Both the position numbers and the translations under genes were made by a program. This document shows positions 42,678 to 52,147 of a stretch of 64,000 bases of DNA, piece by piece (positions within the stretch are counted from its first letter, which is position 1; each line of letters opens with the position of its first letter). This DNA comes from a virus. Under the pieces are notes generated by a model. It saw nothing but the letters and a program-made list of their open reading frames with translations, searched no databases and was not told the DNA's origin. The DNA is taken from positions 38,758 through 102,757 of the IMG/VR virus record IMGVR_UViG_3300023184_005116; one strand, given 5' to 3'.

Positions 42678-43985
42678 ATGAGAAAGCCATTATTATCCTT
42701 TCAGGAATACATATTAGAACAGGAAACAGTTACCCCCGCTACTACCATTTCTACAACAGGTACGGATGGACCAAAAGCTCCTGAAACTGAAAGGGAGGCT
42801 AAATCTAGAATTGCTGCAGGACTGGTTAAAGATCTTTTTGGAGATATTTCAGGAGTTACTGGATCTATAGATGGAGAAATTGCTTTAACTCAAGAGGTTA
42901 AAGATTCCGTCCCATACAGAGGATGTGGAGCTTCTGAACCTTTTAAGTTAGAAAAAACACCTATACCAGCAGGGGCATTTAAAGCAATACTTAACTACCT
43001 ACAAGAAAAAGGAGTTGGCGATTATAAAAGAGCTATTCAAGAAATAGATGAGAAAAGAGCGGTAATAATAGGGGTTAGAAATTTTATTGATGTAAAAAAA
43101 GAAACTGCAAATCAAGATAGGTTTACAGATTCAATTTATTTTATTCCTGGTAATATTACAACAGGAGCTACCGGATCAACTGGTACTGTTGCTGCAAAAG
43201 AATCCAATATAATTTCTTTTGATAAATTCTCTAATGTAAACGAGGAGGACGATTTATTTAAAAAGATGAAAGATGCAAGAGAAAAAATTGCATCTGGAGG
43301 TAAAACACCTTCTGCAGCCACTGCTGCAGCTACCGGCTCTACAGGATCTACAGGAGCAATAGCAGTAAATCTAGGACCAAATATAACCCCGTATCAAATT
43401 ACAACAGTTCCTAGCTTAGCATATTACGGTAAAGATCCTCTTAATCCTAAAGGTACTGGTATAAAAATGCCAGGAGACACACTATACTTCCTTAAAGAAC
43501 ATAAATTAGGTCACGGAACATATAAGATGATGGTCGAGGGTGAAAAAATTAAGGTTGGGAGATATCCAGTAGGAGTTACTAAATTTGAAACATATAAACC
43601 AGCAGATGTTACTACCGAAGACTGCGGTATGGAAATACACAGATCATCAACTAAAGGTGTAGGTATATGTGTAGGACCTTGGTCAGCGGGATGTCAAGTA
43701 TTCTCTGATTATAGTGAATTCCAAGAATTTATATCAAAAGCAGAAAAAGAACAAATGAATAACGGCAAATTTGTTTATGCTTTAATTCAATTGGACGATA
43801 TAGGTAAAGAAAATATGGATAAAGCCATAAGAGGTGAATCCCTTTCTGGATCTGCATTAGCCGCTACCACTGCACCATCAGCTACTGGAACTACAGGAAC
43901 TACTGGAACTACAGGAACTACTGGAACTACAGGAGCTACATCTACCCAAGCAGGCAAATTAAGTAAATTAGGAAGGATAACCTAA
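42678..43985 (+). CDS. Putative peptidoglycan-active (YkuD-like His/Cys) virion protein
   Basis: IIGVRN, TTVP, GMEIHR...WSAGCQV; N-terminus MRKPLLSFQEYILE. Confidence 0.55.
   Translation: MRKPLLSFQEYILEQETVTPATTISTTGTDGPKAPETEREAKSRIAAGLVKDLFGDISGVTGSIDGEIALTQEVKDSVPYRGCGASEPFKLEKTPIPAGAFKAILNYLQEKGVGDYKRAIQEIDEKRAVIIGVRNFIDVKKETANQDRFTDSIYFIPGNITTGATGSTGTVAAKESNIISFDKFSNVNEEDDLFKKMKDAREKIASGGKTPSAATAAATGSTGSTGAIAVNLGPNITPYQITTVPSLAYYGKDPLNPKGTGIKMPGDTLYFLKEHKLGHGTYKMMVEGEKIKVGRYPVGVTKFETYKPADVTTEDCGMEIHRSSTKGVGICVGPWSAGCQVFSDYSEFQEFISKAEKEQMNNGKFVYALIQLDDIGKENMDKAIRGESLSGSALAATTAPSATGTTGTTGTTGTTGTTGATSTQAGKLSKLGRIT
43884..43934 (+). repeat. Coding 18-bp tandem repeat (TGTTGT)
   Basis: actggaactacaggaact about 3 copies. 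Confidence 0.85.
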
Positions 43986-44031
43986 GAAACTTTCTTTTAT
44001 TAGCTCCCTAGAAAAAGTAAATACAATTCTA

Positions 44032-45441
44032 GTGGAGAAAAGAATAACGATTTCAGATCAAATTAATAATGACTATAGGAAATATGCCCTATATGTCATA
44101 CAGAGCAGAGGAATACCAAATTTCTACGATGCTCTTACTCCTGTACAAAGATTAATCCTACAGAATTCTCCAAGTTCTTTTAAAAAGACTGTGGGTGTTA
44201 TAGGCGAAGTTTTTAGTACTGGACTTTATCACCACGGCGACTCTTCAATGTCTCAAGCAATATCTAAGCTAGCAAGGCCATTCTCCTGCGCAGACCAAAT
44301 ACTTCTAGGAGACGGATTTTTCGGGACACCTGTTAATCCTTCGCCTTCCGCCCCTAGGTATACTCAAGTAAAAATTGCTCAGAAATATAAAGACCTTATT
44401 GAAAAGTATAAGGATCTAAATGTTGCCAATGAGGAGGGAGGATTTGATTGGATCCATGTTGATTACCCAGTTGGTTTATCTACACATATTGTTGGTATTG
44501 CCGTTGGATACAAGTCAAACATCTTACCAAGAAAGCCTGAAGATATTGTTGCATTCCTTGAAGGTAATAGATCAAAAAAAATTAAACCTTATTTTAAGGG
44601 ATTTAGTGGTAAGGTTACAAGAATGGATTCTTTAAGATCCGCATGGTTGATTGAGGGTGAAACTGAAATAGATCCTATAGCAAGAACATTTAAGATTAAT
44701 TCCATATCTCCTTTACAAAGATATGAGTCATTTTTTACAAGATTAAATATTGCTTTAGAGAAAAGTGGATTCAATTATAAAATGGACAACTACTCAACAG
44801 AGGAAGTAAAGATCAGCATAAAATTTAGATGCACAGACCAGGAGTTTAAAACTATATGCGATTCATTAGCAAAAGAGACTAAACAGATAGTTACTGAAAA
44901 TATTGTATTTGTAAAAGATGGTAATGTTTTAGAATATGACGAGATTGATGATTATCTGGAGGATTTTATTGTACACCGAGAAAATACAATTTTAAAAAGA
45001 TATGAAAGAGATCTTGTTTATTTAACTGACGAACTTGAATTCCTTGAAGCCAAGCTTAAGTTTCTAACTTTTATGTCAGATAAAAAAAGATCTGCAGATG
45101 ATGTACTAGATTTTCTTTCTCCCTACAGGAAAGAAATATCAAGAAGATTGGAATCAATTCCTCTTACCAAGCTAACAAAAGAAGAAATTAATAAGACAAA
45201 AGAAGAAATTAATTCTTGTAAATCAAGTATAAAGATTAAGACTCAGGAAATTAAAGACCAGAAGGTTAAATCAAAAGCAGCAGAGAAAGCCAACTCTTCT
45301 GTTTCTAGAAAAACATCAAGAACAACATCTCTAATGGGAGATACAAAGGATGAATTTCATAACGGAATAAGAATTTTTAATCCAGAGGACGAACAAGAAG
45401 AAACATTAGAAACATTAGAAACAAATATAGAAAATGAGTAA
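44032..45441 (+). CDS. Type II DNA topoisomerase, breakage-reunion subunit (gp52-like)
   Basis: RGIP..DALTPVQR, YHHGDSS, SAPRYT catalytic Tyr, GIAVGY. Confidence 0.9.
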   Translation: MEKRITISDQINNDYRKYALYVIQSRGIPNFYDALTPVQRLILQNSPSSFKKTVGVIGEVFSTGLYHHGDSSMSQAISKLARPFSCADQILLGDGFFGTPVNPSPSAPRYTQVKIAQKYKDLIEKYKDLNVANEEGGFDWIHVDYPVGLSTHIVGIAVGYKSNILPRKPEDIVAFLEGNRSKKIKPYFKGFSGKVTRMDSLRSAWLIEGETEIDPIARTFKINSISPLQRYESFFTRLNIALEKSGFNYKMDNYSTEEVKISIKFRCTDQEFKTICDSLAKETKQIVTENIVFVKDGNVLEYDEIDDYLEDFIVHRENTILKRYERDLVYLTDELEFLEAKLKFLTFMSDKKRSADDVLDFLSPYRKEISRRLESIPLTKLTKEEINKTKEEINSCKSSIKIKTQEIKDQKVKSKAAEKANSSVSRKTSRTTSLMGDTKDEFHNGIRIFNPEDEQEETLETLETNIENE

Positions 45442-46201
45442 AAAAACACAAACTTGGAATTTTAAAATAGCTAACTCCTCTAACTTTATGGCTTTTCTTA
45501 AGAAGCTTAAATTAGTTGATAAGAGTGTTCCGTTAGAATTAGAAGGAAATAATTTATTTGGTAAAGTTAGAACACCTGACAAATCTGTAATCAAATATGT
45601 TAATGTAGATCTTAACGATATTCTGGAAGGCGATCTTCCACCAAATAGATTAAAGGTTGGCCTTCTTGAGATAGGTAAATTAGTTGATGTGTTCAAATAT
45701 TTTGGACCAGAAGAATCAATAAGTTTAATTATTGAATCTCAGCCATACGAGGGTGACTTAATAGCAACAAGTATTAAATTCTCATCTTCATCACTTAACA
45801 TCTTTATAAAATGTGCAGATATTAGTTTGCTTGCTTATGTAGATGATAATATTCAAAGAAGCATACATTCAACTGAAGGATCTGAGGTTAGCTTTGAGAT
45901 CTCAAGAGAAAGCTTTCAAAAAATATCTTCTTTAACTGGAATTGAATCCAATTCAGAAGAGCTACTTCATTTTGATGTACATTCAGAAGGAGTTACTGTA
46001 AGAGGTAATTCTTTCCATTATATGATAATCAAAGGCAAAACTGCCACCGGATTTACCGATCCTAAAGTCTATACAATTTATAAAAATCAATTCTCTTACA
46101 TAGATCAAGAAAATTCGGAAATACATTTTCACGAAAATAGAGTTCTTGTAAAGTCAACAGAGTCGGATTCAATGATTGCAATAGGTTTAGTAGAGGTATA
46201 A
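45434..46201 (+). CDS. DNA polymerase sliding clamp (gp45-like, putative)
   Basis: 255 aa alpha/beta protein directly upstream of the polymerase C-terminal part; size and context. Confidence 0.55.
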   Translation: MSKKTQTWNFKIANSSNFMAFLKKLKLVDKSVPLELEGNNLFGKVRTPDKSVIKYVNVDLNDILEGDLPPNRLKVGLLEIGKLVDVFKYFGPEESISLIIESQPYEGDLIATSIKFSSSSLNIFIKCADISLLAYVDDNIQRSIHSTEGSEVSFEISRESFQKISSLTGIESNSEELLHFDVHSEGVTVRGNSFHYMIIKGKTATGFTDPKVYTIYKNQFSYIDQENSEIHFHENRVLVKSTESDSMIAIGLVEV

Positions 46202-46202
46202 T

Positions 46203-47372
46203 ATGGAAGAAATAGATTACATGTCAATGAATCTCGATGAGCTTAAACAAAAGCTTGTCGAGATGCAAAAGAAGTCGTCTGACTTCTATAATACAGAGCA
46301 GGGGATTAAGTTAACACTTAACAGTATCTACGGAGCGACGGGTAATCAATACTTTGCTTTGTTTAATCCTGACGTAGCAGAAAGCGTAACTCTTCAGGGC
46401 CAAGATATCTGGAAGTTTGCAGAAAAAATCATTAATAGATATTTTAATGATATGTGGCATTTAGATACTGAGCTACATGAAAAAATGGGGGTTAGTAATG
46501 TAAGAAAGCTTAACCTAGATTTTATTATCTATGGAGATACCGACTCTAACTATATCAATCTTGGTGCTGTAATGGATTCTTGCGAATTTAACTATGACCA
46601 TTTTGAATTTGTAAAAAGACTTAATGAGCACAGACTAAAAGAATACATTAAAAAGTGCTATGACATTTATGCAGAGAAATGGAATACAGATAACTATCAG
46701 GATTTTGAGCTTGAAAGCCTTTCTTATGCAGGTGTCTTCTTAGGTAAGAAAAAATACGTATTGCACATTGCATGGCAAGATCCCAACAAAGATCTCTTTC
46801 CTAGACTTTCTAAAATTAAATCTACTGGTATTGAATTAGCTCAAGGTGGTACTGCACCGTTTGCTAGAGAGAAGCTTACGTTCCTTTTAAGACACATTTT
46901 CGAGAAAGGTAAGACTTTCGATATACGTGAGTTCGTAAAGATCTTAAAGGACATTAAAAACGAGTTTAAGATACAGAATCCAGACCAGATCTCAATAGGT
47001 ACATCAGTAAACAACATTGAAAAGTTTATTGTAAACGATACTACTAAATTTGAGGTTGCTAAAGGATGTCCAATGCACGTAAGAGCAGCAGGATATCACA
47101 ACTACGTTTTGAACAACTCTAAATACAAAGTTAAATACAGTTTAATCAGATCATCAGAGAAGATTAAGTTTTATTATGTTAAAACAAAGAACGAAGCTGA
47201 AAATAATGTATTTGGATATCTTAATGGGTCTTATCCTTATGAATATGCTCCTCCTGTAGATTTTGATGAGCAATTCAATAGAGTAATTCTAGATCCGATC
47301 AACAGATTTATAGAAGCAATGGGGTATGCACCTCTTTCACCAAACCTACTTCTAGTTAGGGCTTTATTCTAG
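46203..47372 (+). CDS. Family B DNA polymerase, C-terminal part (motifs B, C and thumb)
   Basis: KLTLNSIYGATGN, VTLQGQ, YGDTDS, KKKY, KSTGIE, PMHVRAA. Confidence 0.9.
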   Translation: MEEIDYMSMNLDELKQKLVEMQKKSSDFYNTEQGIKLTLNSIYGATGNQYFALFNPDVAESVTLQGQDIWKFAEKIINRYFNDMWHLDTELHEKMGVSNVRKLNLDFIIYGDTDSNYINLGAVMDSCEFNYDHFEFVKRLNEHRLKEYIKKCYDIYAEKWNTDNYQDFELESLSYAGVFLGKKKYVLHIAWQDPNKDLFPRLSKIKSTGIELAQGGTAPFAREKLTFLLRHIFEKGKTFDIREFVKILKDIKNEFKIQNPDQISIGTSVNNIEKFIVNDTTKFEVAKGCPMHVRAAGYHNYVLNNSKYKVKYSLIRSSEKIKFYYVKTKNEAENNVFGYLNGSYPYEYAPPVDFDEQFNRVILDPINRFIEAMGYAPLSPNLLLVRALF

Positions 47373-47414
47373 ATTATATTTTGGGATATATAAAATACCC
47401 AAATAATATTTAGA

Positions 47415-47837
47415 ATGACATTTGAAGAATTTAAAAAAACCGATACACCAGTACAATCTAATGACCCAATCCTATCTGAAAAATCGATAGATGATCATTT
47501 TGTTAATTTGCTTTTATTTCAAGCACAGCTAAAAATAATGCACTGGGGTACAGAATCATATGCACAACATAATGCTTATGGAATGACCTATTCATCCATT
47601 GACGAAGGTCTTGATACTTTGGTTGAATCATACCAGGGATATCACGGAAGAATAAATTTTGGTTCATCATGTGAATTTATAAACTTCTCTAGCGTGGATA
47701 ATAATTCTTGGTTAGCTTCAATGTTAGAATGTCTTATAACATTAAGAGGGTATTTTAAAGAATCTGATCTTCAGAATATGACTGACGAGCTAATTGGTAG
47801 TGTTTCTAAACTTAAATATCTTCTATCTTTAAAATGA
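47415..47837 (+). CDS. Ferritin-like DUF5856-type protein
   Basis: HWGTESYAQHNA...DTLVESYQG...KLKYLLSLK. Confidence 0.7.
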   Translation: MTFEEFKKTDTPVQSNDPILSEKSIDDHFVNLLLFQAQLKIMHWGTESYAQHNAYGMTYSSIDEGLDTLVESYQGYHGRINFGSSCEFINFSSVDNNSWLASMLECLITLRGYFKESDLQNMTDELIGSVSKLKYLLSLK

Positions 47838-48772
47838 GAAATATACTTAAGTTTTCCCAATTTTTAAATGAAGCATTAAAATATCCTGATGGTGTAGAGC
47901 TAACTAAGGATCAGCTTAAATACATTGTTCCAAAAATTGCATCTCAAGGAAAGTTTTCTTCATTTGTTTCTGATAACAACTTTGAAAGAATTTATGTCAA
48001 TCCACAAGGGTTTATTGTAATTAGATGGGCTGGAAAAGATATAAGGATTCCTGGATTAATGGCAGGATTAAGTTCAACAATCCCTTTTAATGCTTTAAAT
48101 GTAGATGAATATGTTTGGCTAAAATTATTCAGCGATCTTAGAGACAATGGCATTTTATTATTGCCTGATTATTATAACAATGGTGGAATTGATAGGGACG
48201 GAAAAAATATATTAGCAATAATTATTGACGGATTAGTACAAGCATCTAGGAAAAATTCTAAATTTTTAAATCCATTTGATACTAATTTTACAGATCTTCC
48301 AGTTTGGAAGTCCCTTGAAAGGATGGGGACTAAAATAGTTTCTAAGGATATTCAAAAGAAAAGGGGAACATTAGTTCTGTCTAATGATTTTTTTGACCAA
48401 GCTAATGTTGCAATATTTACCAATGGATACATCAGAAGAATAGCTTCATATTCTGATAGGCCTGCTCAAATGACAAGAAACCCAGAACTTGTTAGACCAA
48501 TTTATACGTTAGAAGATTTAATAATAAAACTTGAGTACATAAGATTCCATCTTATTAAGAAAATTATATTATCTGTAGGTTATTCACAAGCGGAAGCAAA
48601 TAATCTGATTAAATCAATCAAGGATAAATCTTCCGGATATGATGATTTAGTTAAAGAATTAGTAAACAAGGACCCAAGACTAGTAACTGTTTTACCACCG
48701 CCAGAAGAAGGCTTTGATAAGGATCTAGAAGCAGGAGCAAAATTGCTAGACAGATTCGGAGGTCTTTTTTGA
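47834..48772 (+). CDS. Hypothetical protein, putative head-packaged; paralogue of 57396-57992
   Basis: N-terminus MRNILKFSQFLNE; C-terminal GAKLLDRFGG. Confidence 0.5.
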   Translation: MRNILKFSQFLNEALKYPDGVELTKDQLKYIVPKIASQGKFSSFVSDNNFERIYVNPQGFIVIRWAGKDIRIPGLMAGLSSTIPFNALNVDEYVWLKLFSDLRDNGILLLPDYYNNGGIDRDGKNILAIIIDGLVQASRKNSKFLNPFDTNFTDLPVWKSLERMGTKIVSKDIQKKRGTLVLSNDFFDQANVAIFTNGYIRRIASYSDRPAQMTRNPELVRPIYTLEDLIIKLEYIRFHLIKKIILSVGYSQAEANNLIKSIKDKSSGYDDLVKELVNKDPRLVTVLPPPEEGFDKDLEAGAKLLDRFGGLF

Positions 48773-48825
48773 TACGAAACTAAATTTTAAGCTTGTCCTA
48801 TAATTTAAGGATAAGTTTATTAGAT

Positions 48826-49191
48826 ATGTCGTTTCACAAAAGATGGTACAATAAAGATCAGATAATTGATCGCTCCAAAACAAATGATTTTGGAGATTTT
48901 AAAAGATGGATATTAAATCCAGATGCTCATATTACTTCTGATGAGCTATCCCGAAATTTTATTAATTGCTTTTTTGAGCTTGAAGACGAGGGAAGATCTC
49001 TTTTAAAAGAAAGTCTTTCTGAAAGCGAAGAATTTGTTATGGATCTTTTAAAGTGCATAAAGGTATCCAACAATACAAAAAACAGAGGGGATCATAATAA
49101 TAGCATAAAAACTTACGTGTCTCTTTTCACTAATAAGTGGAATTCACCACACTATGAAAAATATAAAAAAATAATAGACCAGAATGGATAA
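48826..49191 (+). CDS. Hypothetical protein
   Basis: ATG 48826 follows GAAAC-N18-TATAAT. Confidence 0.5.
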   Translation: MSFHKRWYNKDQIIDRSKTNDFGDFKRWILNPDAHITSDELSRNFINCFFELEDEGRSLLKESLSESEEFVMDLLKCIKVSNNTKNRGDHNNSIKTYVSLFTNKWNSPHYEKYKKIIDQNG

Positions 49192-49468
49192 TCAATCATT
49201 AAAACTAGATCTTTCACAAGAACCATGGATAAAATGCGAGGCAGGGAATCTTCTTTGGGAATCTTCAATGCTTTTCAAAAGACTTTCCCCTTTAGTTAGT
49301 CCTTCGGGGCAAGAAGAGCTTCTTCCTGCTGAAATAATTATTTGTAAAACTTGTGGTAAGGTACCTAAATTCTTCTGGGAAAAAGCTAAGAGCATTCCTG
49401 AGGATCTTAAATCTAACTGCGGTAATAAAGAAGAATCTAAAATCATTATTACTAAGGACTCTGAATAA
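49184..49468 (+). CDS. Small protein with possible Zn-binding Cys residues
   Basis: KCEAG...LSPLVSPSGQE...CKTCG. Confidence 0.55.
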   Translation: MDNQSLKLDLSQEPWIKCEAGNLLWESSMLFKRLSPLVSPSGQEELLPAEIIICKTCGKVPKFFWEKAKSIPEDLKSNCGNKEESKIIITKDSE

Positions 49469-49540
49469 AAATTTAGGAAAACATTTTTTTCCTATAGAAT
49501 TTTCTATTATCTTTGCCTCATAACTATAAATTGAACAAAG

Positions 49541-49861
49541 ATGGAAAAGCAACAAATTATCTCAAAGTTGACCGAGCTTACTAAAAAAGCTGGAAGAATC
49601 CTTTTATTTAGTATTGCAGTAGTTCTTGGCTATGCTGTTTGTGAGATTTATCATTTTACAAAAGCACCAAAGACAGTTACAACTGCAAAGGAGACTAAAT
49701 CTATTCAAGAAACATCGGTAGCTATTAATGAAAGAGGTGAACTGATGGTCATTGATAGAAAAAGTGGGGATTATACGATCTACCAGGATTCAGTAGGAAG
49801 ATCTATATTTAATCTTTACGCTAATAGTATTCAGTCTAGATATGTACAACCATTAAAATAA
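49541..49861 (+). CDS. Membrane-anchored hypothetical protein
   Basis: One transmembrane segment; upstream of the transglycosylase. Confidence 0.5.
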   Translation: MEKQQIISKLTELTKKAGRILLFSIAVVLGYAVCEIYHFTKAPKTVTTAKETKSIQETSVAINERGELMVIDRKSGDYTIYQDSVGRSIFNLYANSIQSRYVQPLK

Positions 49862-49867
49862 AAATCC

Positions 49868-50392
49868 ATGAAGTATAGGAATCTTCTTTTCTTTTTTGCA
49901 ATCTTGGGTATCATAAGTGTTCCGATAAGACATTATGTTTCCACAGAGATAGAAAAAAATCAGGGGTTATCTAATTCCTGTATTTTTCAGCAAAGCTCAC
50001 CAGCATGTGTTGCTATGTTTTCTTCAATAGAAAAACACGCAAAAGCTTATAATGTTCCTCTTAGATATGCCTTAGGTGTTGCCTATATAGAAACTAGGTA
50101 CACTGGTCCTTTTGATTGGAAGTATAATCCCGAGAGGGTATCTGTTGCAGGAGCACTTGGTCCAATGCAGATTATGCCAGGTACCGCAGAGATGATGTGG
50201 AAAAAAAAGATACCCAAAGAAAGAATACTTTGCGATATAGATTTTAATGTGGAAACCTCAATGAAATTACTAAGACATCTATACGACAAATATGGTAACT
50301 GGAAAACTGTATTTGGGTGCTACAATACCGGTAGACCCTGTGTAAATGGATATGCAGAAAAAGTTTATAATTTTAATCCCAAAACAAAATGA
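49868..50392 (+). CDS. Lytic transglycosylase (SLT family)
   Basis: IET catalytic Glu, GALGPMQIMP, YNTG; N-terminal hydrophobic anchor. Confidence 0.85.
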   Translation: MKYRNLLFFFAILGIISVPIRHYVSTEIEKNQGLSNSCIFQQSSPACVAMFSSIEKHAKAYNVPLRYALGVAYIETRYTGPFDWKYNPERVSVAGALGPMQIMPGTAEMMWKKKIPKERILCDIDFNVETSMKLLRHLYDKYGNWKTVFGCYNTGRPCVNGYAEKVYNFNPKTK

Positions 50393-51084
50393 AGTACGTA
50401 TCAATTGACCTAGAAACAACTGGTTTAAATTCGGAGAAATACCAGATCCTGACATTCTCAGCAATCCTAGAAGACACAACAACAAAATTGCCGTTCGAGG
50501 AATGTCCAAAGCTAAACATCTATATCCTAAGAGACGAAATCCTTGGTAGCCCATTTGCTATTAATATGAACTCTAGGATTATTGCAGCAATCTCCAGATA
50601 TCAAACTCTTAAGACTGTAGAGGATAAAGAAGGATTAAGACATTCGTTAAATTGCGTATTCTTATACCCTTCTGCAATTCCTACATATTTCTATCTTTGG
50701 AATTTAGTATATCATGAAGGGAAAAAAGAGCATATCTCATTGTTAGAACAAATTAATTGGATGGATCAAAAGTCAACTGAGAATTCAATTAAGCAAGTAT
50801 CATCATTAAGAGAATCTAATGGCCCAATAACTATTAATGCTGCGGGTAAAAACTTTGCAACATTTGATAAGAAGTTTATTGATCATATTGAAAAGTTTTA
50901 TCATTACACAAGAATCCGTCAAAGAGTATTAGACCCTAGTCCTCTTTTTGCTGATTGGGACAATGATACAGCTTTACCTGATTTAACAGTTTGTAAAGAA
51001 AGAGCGGGACTAGATCCATTTGTGAGCCACGACTCATTAGAAGATTCATGGGACGTAATTGAATTATTTAGAAAGGTTTATTAA
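50389..51084 (+). CDS. DEDDh 3'-5' exonuclease
   Basis: IDLETTGL, GKNFATFD, HDSLED. Confidence 0.85.
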   Translation: MKYVSIDLETTGLNSEKYQILTFSAILEDTTTKLPFEECPKLNIYILRDEILGSPFAINMNSRIIAAISRYQTLKTVEDKEGLRHSLNCVFLYPSAIPTYFYLWNLVYHEGKKEHISLLEQINWMDQKSTENSIKQVSSLRESNGPITINAAGKNFATFDKKFIDHIEKFYHYTRIRQRVLDPSPLFADWDNDTALPDLTVCKERAGLDPFVSHDSLEDSWDVIELFRKVY

Positions 51085-51085
51085 T

Positions 51086-51301
51086 ATGGCACTTAGTGAT
51101 TGTATAGAATGCTGGTCCACCCCTTGTGAATGTGGGCACGAGTTTAAAAATAGGTCAAAAGAATATAAGGAAAAAATGACCAAGTCTGTAAATGGATTCA
51201 GTATTGGAGAATTATTTATTTGGCTTTCTTCTAAGGATTATTTAACTGATGATCAAGAAGTAATAAAAAATGAAATGTTTAACGAATTAGGAATGAAATA
51301 A
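51086..51301 (+). CDS. Hypothetical Cys-rich protein
   Basis: MALSDCIECWSTPCECGH. Confidence 0.5.
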   Translation: MALSDCIECWSTPCECGHEFKNRSKEYKEKMTKSVNGFSIGELFIWLSSKDYLTDDQEVIKNEMFNELGMK

Positions 51302-51337
51302 AATTGAATAACCTAGATAAGATATAAAAAAGATCAT

Positions 51338-51718
51338 ATGAATAAATTTTTATTTTTAATTTTTCTTCTTTGCAGTTTTAAATCATTCTCAAAAGAAAAT
51401 CCATCTGAAAAAATACAACTGTTAGTAAAATGGCAGGAGCCATCGGATACATTATTTCTTACTAGGCTAAGAAAGGATCATTCTTTATGCTGCAAATTCG
51501 AATTCAAAACACAGAAGTCAGATTCTACAGTTACTGAGATTATATCACCAAGTGGTATATCTTTAGGAAATGTTTGGGGTCCATTAACTCCATCTTTCTT
51601 AAATAAGATCCTACCAATGATTGAAGAATTATCACAGGATTTAGAAAGAAGAAAAATGTATCCGCTAGAGTATCCAACTTATGCAGGACCTTATTATTAC
51701 ACAGAAATTAAAGAATAA
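51338..51718 (+). CDS. Hypothetical protein with signal peptide
   Basis: MNKFLFLIFLLCSFKSFS N-terminus. Confidence 0.5.
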   Translation: MNKFLFLIFLLCSFKSFSKENPSEKIQLLVKWQEPSDTLFLTRLRKDHSLCCKFEFKTQKSDSTVTEIISPSGISLGNVWGPLTPSFLNKILPMIEELSQDLERRKMYPLEYPTYAGPYYYTEIKE

Positions 51719-52108
51719 GTGGAAAGAAAACTTTATATAGTTAGAGGCTTACCAGGAAGCGGTAAATCAACATTTGCTAGATCCTTAGGCGGTGTTCACT
51801 ATGAAGCTGATATGTTCTTCATGGACGAAAATAGCGAATATAAATTTGATCCTTCCAAATTAAAAGATGCTCACAATTGGTGTAGACATAAAGTAATGGA
51901 TGCTATGAAGAATGATGAACCAGTCGTAGTAGTATCTAATACCTTTACTCAAGAATGGGAAATGGAATCTTATAAACTTCTTGGCGAAGAATTAGGATAC
52001 ACTATCTTTACCTTAATTGTAGAAAACAGACACGGAGGTAAAAACACTCACGGAGTACCTGATGATAAAATCCAAGCAATGAAAGATCGCTTTGAATTTT
52101 CACTTTAA
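51719..52108 (+). CDS. P-loop kinase (AAA_33/polynucleotide kinase-like)
   Basis: RGLPGSGKST, EAD, AHNWC, VSNTF, HGVP. Confidence 0.8.
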   Translation: MERKLYIVRGLPGSGKSTFARSLGGVHYEADMFFMDENSEYKFDPSKLKDAHNWCRHKVMDAMKNDEPVVVVSNTFTQEWEMESYKLLGEELGYTIFTLIVENRHGGKNTHGVPDDKIQAMKDRFEFSL

Positions 52109-52147
52109 GTGGAAACATCCTTCTCCCTTTAATGTATAATATAGGTA

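Noticed and set aside
29800-46300. Split intein or intron joining the polymerase halves
   Set aside because: No intein N-terminal block or His-Asn end, and no room for intron structure: both halves abut neighbouring genes within a few nucleotides.
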